Position numbers and translations under genes: made by a program. 64,000 bases of DNA from Spirochaetota bacterium (lineage in GTDB: Bacteria > Spirochaetota > UBA12135 > COTS27 > JAFLEE01), in contig JAFLEE010000016.1 of assembly GCA_017302015.1 (NCBI GenBank), forward strand, positions 5,162 to 69,161, given 5' to 3'. Within the stretch, counting starts at the first letter, position 1, and each line of letters begins with the position of its first letter. Positions 24,620 to 32,787 of the stretch are shown piece after piece. The notes beneath the pieces were generated by a model. The model saw only the letters and a list, made by a program, of their open reading frames with translations, made no database searches and was not told where the DNA came from.

Positions 24620-27571
24620 TTAATCGGCCACGGGGAGGAGTTGGATCCCGTCGAAGCAGATCTTGCCGCGCGCCCCCGCGCCCACCAGGAGCACCGCCGA
24701 ATAGCCCGTGGCGACCTCGCCCGCGGTGAAGGTTTCTTCGAGGCGGGTCCACGCGCCTTCCGCCGGGGTTTTCGCCCCGGGGAGGAGATCCAGCTGGGCC
24801 ATGGATTTTGTCCAGCCGGTGTCGACGATGCGCAGCATCCATTTCCCCGCGAAGCCCTCGGGCTTCACCCAACCCGAAAATCGGTAGCGCTTCCCCGGGG
24901 TGAGTTTGAGCCCGTCCTGCTTGAAGGTCATTTCCTTTGGGCCCCCGCCGATCGAAAGGCATCGGGCCCCGATCTTTCCGCCCGTCTCCTCGAGGTTGAA
25001 ATCTTCCTCGGCCACCGCCGCGCCGAGCAGGCGCCAATGGGCCGGGAGCCCGGCGCCGCTCTCCAGGCCGCCATTTCGGATCAGGTTCCCTTCATCGAAC
25101 GCGGCGAGGGCCTGGGCGTCTTCCTTGCCTGTTTTTTTCCGTTCGGATTTCACGAGGATCAAGCGGTCCAGGGAGACGGCGTTTTCCCGGGTGGAACCGG
25201 CGACATAGGCGGGGCCGCAGGCCTTGAGGGAGGCGTAACAGGTCCAAAGTTGGCCGGGGTCGCTGGGGTCGCAGGCCCCATCGATGGGTTGCTGGATGAA
25301 CCAGGTCCAATGCACCCAGACGACGGTGCCCGGGGACACGGTCGTGAGGCCGATCTTGTAGAGGTGGAACTTCTCGTCTTTGGGAAGGCTCGCGGGATCG
25401 AGGGCGCGGCTTAGGCCGAAGGTCTTCGTTTCCGTATTGTAGAGGCCAAACGCGAGGGTTTTTTGGTGGCTGGCGGGGTCGCCGGATAGCACCAGCGCCT
25501 TTCCGCCGGCCGCGTCCGTATCGGCCTGGAGGAGGGCCCGGCCCTGGCGGAGTTGGTGCCAGGTCACGTCGAACACCCGATCCCGGGGGAGCTCCTTGAA
25601 CGGAGCGGGAAGGGGGAGCCCTTCGCCCACGGCCGAGTTCATGCGGACCTGCTCCTGGACCATGGCCTGGAATTCCGGGGAGTACGCGGCGGCCGACCAG
25701 GCCAGCCAATCATTCGTGTTCCGGGCGAGGATCGCGGAGCGCTCCCACGGCATCGAGGCGCCCGGCGGGAGTTTGGCGGAGAACTCATTCCAGAATTGGA
25801 GGAGGGATTCGTCGAAGGGCAGCCGTTCGCGCCGGATCCGTAGGGTGGCGGCCCGATCGCCCTCGGATTCTTTCAGCGCCTGGTCGAGCAATCGGTTCGC
25901 CTCGCGATAGAAAGCGAGGTTCAGGTAGCGGCGTTCCGAGGGAAGGGAATACTGGGCTTTCCCCGGGCGGATGCTTACGGCCTTGTCGCCATCGGTGTCG
26001 AGCGTCGCCTTCTCCAGGAAGTCCCAGAACCGGTAGAGGGTCGCGGCGGCCGAGCCGTAATAACCCTCGCAGAAGCACCTGACGAGGGGCTCGAGGGGGA
26101 GGGAGGGATCCTGCATGAGTTTGTAGAAGACCCAGATCTTCAGGGCGTAGAGGCTCTGGATATCCTTGTCTCCCGTGGCGGGCCTCGTATAGTCCTCGCA
26201 CTCGGCGAACAGGATCTTCACCCGGTTCTCGAGGAAAAGTAGGAGGTCGGCGCGGACGACGGCCAAATGGGAATAGGGGGTCGTCTGCTCGAACATCTTC
26301 CAATAATCCCAGACGGCCAGGTTCTTGGAGAGGCGGCTCCATCCGGTCAAAAGCTCGTAGGAGTACCGGTTGACGGGGTGGGCCAAAGGCCGGAAGAGGT
26401 CGCTCGTGGTGTAGAAATCCGCGTAGCGGATGACCACATTGTCGCGGGGCCGGATGGTTTTCGGGGGGATCTCGCTGCACTCGTAGGCGAAGGTCTGGAG
26501 GAGCACGTCGGGGTAGGGCCCCTCGATCCCCGCGGCGATCTCGTTGATGAAGTCCACCATGAGGCCGGCGGCGGAGCCCTCGCGCTTCGTGATCCTCTGG
26601 CATTCGGGGCAGAGGCAGATATGGTCGGGGGATCCGTCGTTCTGGTCGAGCACGTACACCCTCGGGAAGGGCGCGCCGGTCTTCGCGCACGACGCGCGGT
26701 CCGCGGCGATATGGGCCTTCAGTTTTTTCAGGATGAGATCCCGGAGTTCGGGGCGGGAGAGGCAGAGTTGCCAACCCAGGTTCTGCGTGATGCCCTTTCC
26801 TTCCCGTTTCCCGTCCGGGCCCATGGAGAAGTACTCCGGGTGGGCGTCGAAATACTCCTTCGGGGGGATATAATTACCGAAGGTATGCACCGCGGTGGGC
26901 GAGCCGTAGCGCTCCGCGAACCCGTATTTCGGGTCGGCGGGCGCGAGGCCGTTGCCCTTATTGCGCAGGCTGAAGACCAGGGTGCGCTCATTCTGGTTCG
27001 AGGTCGGCTTCTGGCGGTACCAGGCCGTGGCGATATAGCGCGTGGAGAACGCGGGGCGGGCGCGCCCCTCCTTCGGGGCGACGGCGAGATCGGGGCGGCG
27101 GGGCACGAACTCGGTCTCGGCATCGAGCCAGCGCACCCCCCCTTCGCGCTCGAGGAATTCATACACGGCGTAGAGCGTGCCGCGCGGCCTGCCCCCGGCG
27201 AGGAAAAGGGTTTTCCCTGAAATCTTCATGCTCCATTCTTCTGGAGCGTAGGTGCGGGCATCGATACCGTTCTTGAGGGCCAGGGACGTGGGGCCGACCT
27301 GGATGGAAGCGGCCGCGGGCGACTCGGTGGCGATGGGAAATGGGGCCCTCGTGATTTGGCGCAGGTACTTTGCGAGTTCCTCCGCAGCGAAACTTTCGCT
27401 GGGGCTGGCGTTCGAGGCGACGCTGACGACGTAGTCGCTGGCCCCCTTTTGGGCCAGGGGAAGAAGATTGGCGGCGAATAGGACGTTCAGAAACGGGACG
27501 AAAAGGATCGTAAGTTTGGACACTGAAGCCTCCATCAAGCGCGCCCGTGTGCGCCGTGCTCGGCGTTTCAT
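24620..27571 (-). CDS. DUF4838-type putative glycoside hydrolase with C-terminal CBM4/9-like domain
   Basis: FLAGGRPRGTLYAVYEFLEREGGVRWL resembles the DUF4838 N-terminus. The C-terminus NLIRNGGLESG...HWRLLG...GKICFDGIQL is CBM-like. The start could be 27571 or 27535. Confidence 0.7.
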   Translation of the reverse strand: MKRRARRTRARLMEASVSKLTILFVPFLNVLFAANLLPLAQKGASDYVVSVASNASPSESFAAEELAKYLRQITRAPFPIATESPAAASIQVGPTSLALKNGIDARTYAPEEWSMKISGKTLFLAGGRPRGTLYAVYEFLEREGGVRWLDAETEFVPRRPDLAVAPKEGRARPAFSTRYIATAWYRQKPTSNQNERTLVFSLRNKGNGLAPADPKYGFAERYGSPTAVHTFGNYIPPKEYFDAHPEYFSMGPDGKREGKGITQNLGWQLCLSRPELRDLILKKLKAHIAADRASCAKTGAPFPRVYVLDQNDGSPDHICLCPECQRITKREGSAAGLMVDFINEIAAGIEGPYPDVLLQTFAYECSEIPPKTIRPRDNVVIRYADFYTTSDLFRPLAHPVNRYSYELLTGWSRLSKNLAVWDYWKMFEQTTPYSHLAVVRADLLLFLENRVKILFAECEDYTRPATGDKDIQSLYALKIWVFYKLMQDPSLPLEPLVRCFCEGYYGSAAATLYRFWDFLEKATLDTDGDKAVSIRPGKAQYSLPSERRYLNLAFYREANRLLDQALKESEGDRAATLRIRRERLPFDESLLQFWNEFSAKLPPGASMPWERSAILARNTNDWLAWSAAAYSPEFQAMVQEQVRMNSAVGEGLPLPAPFKELPRDRVFDVTWHQLRQGRALLQADTDAAGGKALVLSGDPASHQKTLAFGLYNTETKTFGLSRALDPASLPKDEKFHLYKIGLTTVSPGTVVWVHWTWFIQQPIDGACDPSDPGQLWTCYASLKACGPAYVAGSTRENAVSLDRLILVKSERKKTGKEDAQALAAFDEGNLIRNGGLESGAGLPAHWRLLGAAVAEEDFNLEETGGKIGARCLSIGGGPKEMTFKQDGLKLTPGKRYRFSGWVKPEGFAGKWMLRIVDTGWTKSMAQLDLLPGAKTPAEGAWTRLEETFTAGEVATGYSAVLLVGAGARGKICFDGIQLLPVAD

Positions 27572-28084
27572 AAACGTATAGGATAGGCCGGAAAATAGGG
27601 AAGGAACATGGAGTTATTAGCCGCCAAGATGGGAAAAAAGGCCAAAAAAGCCACGGATGCGTCCGAGGCGTCACCCTTGGTATAAGAGCGCGCGGCGTTC
27701 CCTTGACCGAACTCTCGCCGTGCTAGGGCAGCGTCTCATCCCTTTGAGCCTTGATCCACTCCCGTGAATATTCCACCGTCTCGATCCGATATCGGCGATG
27801 CCATTGGAGCCGAAGACGATGCCAACCTATATTCCGCGGGGAATGCCTGCCTACTCCCCAAAAATCTTCCCGACAACAACCGCAATCGAGCGGGCTGCCC
27901 CCCCGAGGAGTACTGCAAGCTCCACGCGATGCGCCACCCGGGAGATCCGCGGCCGGATCCCCAGACCGGTCCGTTCGGGGCCGCCCCGATGGGCGACGGG
28001 GGGCGCGGCCTCGGTTGAGTTTTACCCCCGGAAAAGGTATGGTTGCCCAAGGCCCCCCGGCGAGCCGGCGGGGATGGAGGCACC

Positions 28085-28825
28085 ATGGGTGACGCGGCAA
28101 GCCAGAGCAAAGTCGTCTATCTCTCCTTCGGCCTCCACGATGGGGAGGATGTGGCCGCGGCGATCCCCTACCAAGTCCACCTTGTGGGCAGCCTGCGGGA
28201 ACTCGTGCGCTATTTCCTCGAGAACACCGATACCATCGGCCTCGTCGCCGAGCTGGGCGCCGACCTCTCCCTCGCCGTACGCGCCGTCGATATTGCCCAT
28301 CGGCTCAATCCGCAGATCCCCGTGGTCTGCCTGGGCGATGCGGCCTCCTTCAACCGCATCGGAAGGCCCAAGAGCGGGGCCCAGCCCGTGCACGCCGCGG
28401 ACCTCAAGGCCCTCCTCTCCATCCTCAAGCCGAAGGCGACGCACCGGAAATTCTGCCGCCTCGAGTGGCCCTTGCCGGTCTATTATTCCCGGGCCTTCAA
28501 CATGGCGGGCTCCCAGGGCGGCAAGCTCGTCAATCTCTCCATCGGCGGCGCCGCCGTGTACACGCCCGGGCCCAGCGGGTTCAAACTCGGCGACGCGGCC
28601 TTCCTGAAGATCCTCTTCGAAAGTTTCGCCTTCTTCGTCGAGTGCCGGGTGGCGCGCGCCGAACTCCCCGGCCATGCCTACGGGTTCGCGGTGGAGTTCC
28701 AGAAGATCTCCCCGGCCACCCGCGGCGCGATCCAGGATATCCTGGGGGATAAGCTCGTGCAGGTGCTTTTCGATGATTTCGAGATCGCGGAACCGGCGTC
28801 GCGCACGCGGGCTCCGCGGCGGTAG
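28085..28825 (+). CDS. PilZ-domain protein with degenerate receiver-like N-terminal domain
   Basis: PilZ signatures RKFCR (RxxxR) and NLSIGG (D/NxSxxG). The N-terminal roughly 110 aa look like a CheY fold but lack the acidic pocket (AELG where DxD/LD is expected). Confidence 0.6.
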   Translation: MGDAASQSKVVYLSFGLHDGEDVAAAIPYQVHLVGSLRELVRYFLENTDTIGLVAELGADLSLAVRAVDIAHRLNPQIPVVCLGDAASFNRIGRPKSGAQPVHAADLKALLSILKPKATHRKFCRLEWPLPVYYSRAFNMAGSQGGKLVNLSIGGAAVYTPGPSGFKLGDAAFLKILFESFAFFVECRVARAELPGHAYGFAVEFQKISPATRGAIQDILGDKLVQVLFDDFEIAEPASRTRAPRR

Positions 28826-28877
28826 CCGGAAGGCGGCCTTCCGGCGCCACGGGCCGTCAAACTCGGCGGGTTTATTT

Positions 28878-31800
28878 TTATTCCCCGAAGCGTAGCGCCA
28901 TCCCCGCTCGGAAACGCTGGCCGGGAGCGAGGGTCGTCCTCCCATAGATCGGCTCGTAGGACGGCACGGGCGCACCCTTGGAATCCCAAATAACGAGGGC
29001 GTAGAGCGCGTCGGGATTTTCGGGGGCGGCGACGAGTTCTGCGGGCAGCCAAGGGGCCCGGAATCGGGCGAGGCCCCCCTCGATGGGGACGAGGGCGTCC
29101 ATCTTGTAGGCCCCGTCGAGGATCGGATCGAGCTTGGGGGCGGCGCGGTAGAGCCTTGCCTGGAAGTTCCGCGCTTCGGTGAGGAGCCCTTGGCCAGCGT
29201 TCATCACGGCGCTCCCGCCGCGGGAATCCCGGAGGGCGAGGGGCGCCAGCAGGTTATGGTAGCGGAAGGAGAACACGAGGACCCGCGCGGTGGCGTTGCT
29301 GATTTCGGTGCTGAACGAGAGCGCCCCGCTGCGCCCTTGGATGCGGAATGTTTTAAAAAGAACGGCGCCCTCCATCCCCGAACCGTCGAGGGCGCGTATG
29401 GCCTGGCGCAAGCGGATCGTGAGTGCGCCCCCTTCGATTTCCGCGCTTTCGACCTCGTAGGGCGACTTCACGAGCCCGGCCGTCTTGTGCGGCCACCAAA
29501 ACCCATCCACCGCCAGCCCGAGGGAGGGGTCTTCATGGACCCATTCGGCTCCGGCATGCTTCCACTGGAAGATGCGGCCCCCCCCGATCGGGTCGAGGGC
29601 GATGCGGTCGGCGTCATTTTCGATCAGGAGATAGGGGCGTGCGGCGCCTTCCGTGGAGACCTTCACGGCGAGCCCGCCTTGGCGCAGGGGCGCCACGCGC
29701 GCGGCGAGGTCGAGAGATTGTTTCTCCTCGATCCAGGAGGCGAGCAAATTCCCGGATCCGAAGAATTTCCCCTCCAGGGCGGCGCGCGCCCCCTTGGGCA
29801 CGGTCAGGAGCGTGGTGGGGAAGCCCCAGCATCCGCGCAGCGCGAGGAGTTGCGGGAGGCTCTCGCAGTCGAAGAAGGTATTGCGCGCCGGATTGCCCGG
29901 GGCGTTCTTGCGCATGTTCAGCCAACTATTCTCGGCGAGGAGCACCGCCGCCGGGGCGAGGTTCACCACCACGGGGAGGCCGCCATCCTCGCTCCCGAAG
30001 CGACAGCGATCGATGAGGAGTTGGGCGGCGTTATTGAACCAGCGCAAGTCGGCGGACTTCGTGTCGGTGTCGTCCTTGCCCCCGCTCTTGTCGTGCCGGG
30101 TGGTCTGGGGAACGCCGCAGAGGGATTTCAGGTGCAATCGGCCGCGGTTCTCGACGACCCCCGCGGCGCCCATATCGGGGTCGGTGGTCACCCAGCAATG
30201 CTCCACGAGGGCCGAGGGAAAATTATGCCAAAGGGCGCGGGCATACTCGAAGGTGCAGTCGCTCACCCGGACTTGGGCCGCCCCCGGCTCCCCCGGATTC
30301 CCATTCCCGAGTTCGAGGCGCAGGGCGAAGTCGGACACCTCGTTGAAGGTGCAGGAATCGATGAGCACCTTCGGGGATTGGCCCGCGGCGGCCCGCACGA
30401 GGAGCGCCTGCTCGCATTTCACGAAATGGAGGTTTTGGAGGAGGACCCCTTTCGGCTCGGTCGCCGTGAACACGGGGCCCTTTCGGCCCTTCGGGACGGT
30501 GATGCCAACGTAGCCAGAACCCCGCAAAGCGACCCGAGGAGGCAGCACGATGCCTTCATCCAGGCGGTAGATGCCATTGGGGATGACGAGTTCAACCTGC
30601 TCGTCGGACTTGGAGGCCTCTTGGAGGGCGGCGCGGAAGGCTGCGGTGTCATCCGCGCTCCCATCGCCCCGGGGGCCGAAATTCCCCAGGAAGAGGCTGC
30701 GCGTGGTGGCAAGGCGGAGCTCCCGCAGCGTGGCCGGTTGCACGCCGAAATCGAAGCGCGCGGCGATCTGGGGAGGGAGGGGCGGAGAGGCGAAGGGGGC
30801 GAGGACCCCCGGGGTGGAAGGCCGGAACCCCGCGTTCCCTTCTTCCAAGGAAAAAGAGAACCACTGGGCGTCGGCGTTGGAGAAATAATCCGCGGGAAAC
30901 TCGCGGCCGAGCCCCGCCAAGGCGCAGGGTCTTCCGCTGGTTTCGCGGCAGCCCCGCAGGGCGACTTGGTTGGGGATCTCCACGAGATCGAAGAGCGCCC
31001 GGGCCTTCCCCGCGTTCCCCTGGAAGGCGCAATCCTCGGCGAAGATCGAGGGTTTTACGTCCCGATTCCATTTGGCCTCGTTGCGCACCACGGTCCACCC
31101 CGAGGCGGAATCGGTGCGGAGGGTGACCTTGCGAAGGTCCAGGCTCGCGTTGCCGTAGGACCTCGTGCGGCGCGGGTCGAGGGTGATCCACCAGGCATTT
31201 TTCGTCGGATCGTCGTGGGCGAGTCCCTCCACGTTCTCCAGGAGGAGCGTACCGCCCACGAGGATCACCGGCCCTTCCATGCCCGGGCGCGTTTCGATGA
31301 CGCAATCGTCCATGAGGGCCCAGTCGGCCCAGGAGGACAGCGCTTGGGCGCAGGCCTCGAATCGGCAGCGGCCCACATGCATCAGGGTCGAGACGTAGGA
31401 GGCGATGGTCCACTGGGTTTCGTCCAGGGGGGTCAGGATGGGCAGCCCTTCGGCGTTGGTGGCGATCTTGTAGGGCTCCATGATATCGGCGCCCCAATCG
31501 ACCTTGCGGACGGGGTCGAGGCGCACGCGGAGTTGGTCGTCGATGGCCGCGGCGGCGCTGCCGCGGAAGACGCAATCGCGGATTGTGAGGTGGGCTTTGT
31601 CGCGGTTCTTGGACCAGATCTTGAGTTGGCGGTTCCCGCCGATGAACGTGAGGCCCTCGACCAGGTTGCGGTAGGCGAGGCGGAAATAGAAGAGATCGCA
31701 CGCGGGGTTCGTCTGGCGGATCACGGCGCCCTCGCCGCGGAGGTTGATGAAGGAACCCCCGTTCTCCCGCCCGCCGCAGGGCGGAACGAGGAGCGTGCGG

Positions 31801-32765
31801 GAAACCCGGTACTCGCCCATCGGGAAAAAAACTTCCGGGGCCGCGACATGCCCCCGGTAGAATCCTTGGTAGCGGGCCGAGCCCGCCTCGAGGAGGCAGC
31901 GCTGGATGGCGTCGGTATCGTCGGTCTTGCCATCGCCCTTGGCTCCGAAATCCTTGACGGAGAGGGGCCCGCTTCGGCGCACTGCGGGAGCCGGCGCGAC
32001 GGGCTTCCCCATCCCCAGGGCCGCCTTTCCGCCTTCGAGGATGAAATGAGAGGCGATGTCCCGGGATGAAAGGCTCTTCCCCCGGAGGACGAAGGTGTCG
32101 AGGAGCACATCCGATTCCTTGTCTTCTCCGGCGGAGAAGGCGGGGAAGAGGTAGCATTGCCCGGTGAACGCCTCGCTAAGCAAGGCGAGGGAGGCGGCCG
32201 GAATCTCCGTTTGCTGCGCGAGGACCCCGTTCAAGGAGAGGGAAAGCCCCGAGGCGCTCCAGCAGAAATCGATCTTGTGCCAGGTTCCCTCGACCACCGC
32301 GTTGGCGGGGATGCGCGCTTCGACGTCGTTGGTGGCGGTTTCATTCACGAGGTGCCATTGCCCCGTGAGGCTATTGTCCGCGGCGCCGCGGAAAAGGCTC
32401 AGCACCGCGAAATGTTTTTTTTGGGTAGCGCCCTGGGCATAGACGTGGAAGAGCCGCAGGCGCTTCCCGGGCACGCTTTTTTGGAGCCGGAACCAGAATG
32501 AGGCGGCGCCCTCCCGAAGGGAGAGGTTCCCCGCGAGGGCATAGATCGGTCCCATCTCCGCCGTTTTCTGGAGGGCCCACGGGCTCTCGTGGCCTTCCCC
32601 GAATCGCGCCGCGATGGGGAGCGTGCGGTTCGACGGGGAACCCAGGGCGAACTGGGTCCCGAGGCTCTGGTCATCGAAAGAGAGGGAAAAATTGGTTTGA
32701 CCGTACAGGGAAACGGCGAATAGGGCGCAAAGGCCGCTGAGCGCGGTGGCGCGGATGGTATTCAA
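28878..32765 (-). CDS. giant secreted protein: LamG-like domain + two right-handed beta-helix (Pectate_lyase_3-type) modules + C-terminal beta-rich domain
   Basis: The motif VKDFGAKGDGKTDDTDAIQ recurs as NFGPRGDGSADDTAAFRAALQ. I trimmed the start to TTG 32765 (GGAGG 7 nt upstream), giving the signal peptide (M)NTIRATALSGLCALFAVSLYGQ. This removes the apparent overlap with the upstream gene. Confidence 0.7.
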   Translation of the reverse strand: MNTIRATALSGLCALFAVSLYGQTNFSLSFDDQSLGTQFALGSPSNRTLPIAARFGEGHESPWALQKTAEMGPIYALAGNLSLREGAASFWFRLQKSVPGKRLRLFHVYAQGATQKKHFAVLSLFRGAADNSLTGQWHLVNETATNDVEARIPANAVVEGTWHKIDFCWSASGLSLSLNGVLAQQTEIPAASLALLSEAFTGQCYLFPAFSAGEDKESDVLLDTFVLRGKSLSSRDIASHFILEGGKAALGMGKPVAPAPAVRRSGPLSVKDFGAKGDGKTDDTDAIQRCLLEAGSARYQGFYRGHVAAPEVFFPMGEYRVSRTLLVPPCGGRENGGSFINLRGEGAVIRQTNPACDLFYFRLAYRNLVEGLTFIGGNRQLKIWSKNRDKAHLTIRDCVFRGSAAAAIDDQLRVRLDPVRKVDWGADIMEPYKIATNAEGLPILTPLDETQWTIASYVSTLMHVGRCRFEACAQALSSWADWALMDDCVIETRPGMEGPVILVGGTLLLENVEGLAHDDPTKNAWWITLDPRRTRSYGNASLDLRKVTLRTDSASGWTVVRNEAKWNRDVKPSIFAEDCAFQGNAGKARALFDLVEIPNQVALRGCRETSGRPCALAGLGREFPADYFSNADAQWFSFSLEEGNAGFRPSTPGVLAPFASPPLPPQIAARFDFGVQPATLRELRLATTRSLFLGNFGPRGDGSADDTAAFRAALQEASKSDEQVELVIPNGIYRLDEGIVLPPRVALRGSGYVGITVPKGRKGPVFTATEPKGVLLQNLHFVKCEQALLVRAAAGQSPKVLIDSCTFNEVSDFALRLELGNGNPGEPGAAQVRVSDCTFEYARALWHNFPSALVEHCWVTTDPDMGAAGVVENRGRLHLKSLCGVPQTTRHDKSGGKDDTDTKSADLRWFNNAAQLLIDRCRFGSEDGGLPVVVNLAPAAVLLAENSWLNMRKNAPGNPARNTFFDCESLPQLLALRGCWGFPTTLLTVPKGARAALEGKFFGSGNLLASWIEEKQSLDLAARVAPLRQGGLAVKVSTEGAARPYLLIENDADRIALDPIGGGRIFQWKHAGAEWVHEDPSLGLAVDGFWWPHKTAGLVKSPYEVESAEIEGGALTIRLRQAIRALDGSGMEGAVLFKTFRIQGRSGALSFSTEISNATARVLVFSFRYHNLLAPLALRDSRGGSAVMNAGQGLLTEARNFQARLYRAAPKLDPILDGAYKMDALVPIEGGLARFRAPWLPAELVAAPENPDALYALVIWDSKGAPVPSYEPIYGRTTLAPGQRFRAGMALRFGE

Positions 32766-32787
32766 GAATGATCCTCCCTCGATCTTG

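Noticed and set aside
27608-27685. 25-codon lysine-rich small ORF (MELLAAKMGKKAKKATDASEASPLV) with a GGAAGGA-like site upstream, in the 500-bp intergenic region.
   Set aside because: It uses TTA TTA and other non-host codons. It is too short to evaluate and I cannot assess conservation. It may be worth a look only if ribosome profiling exists.
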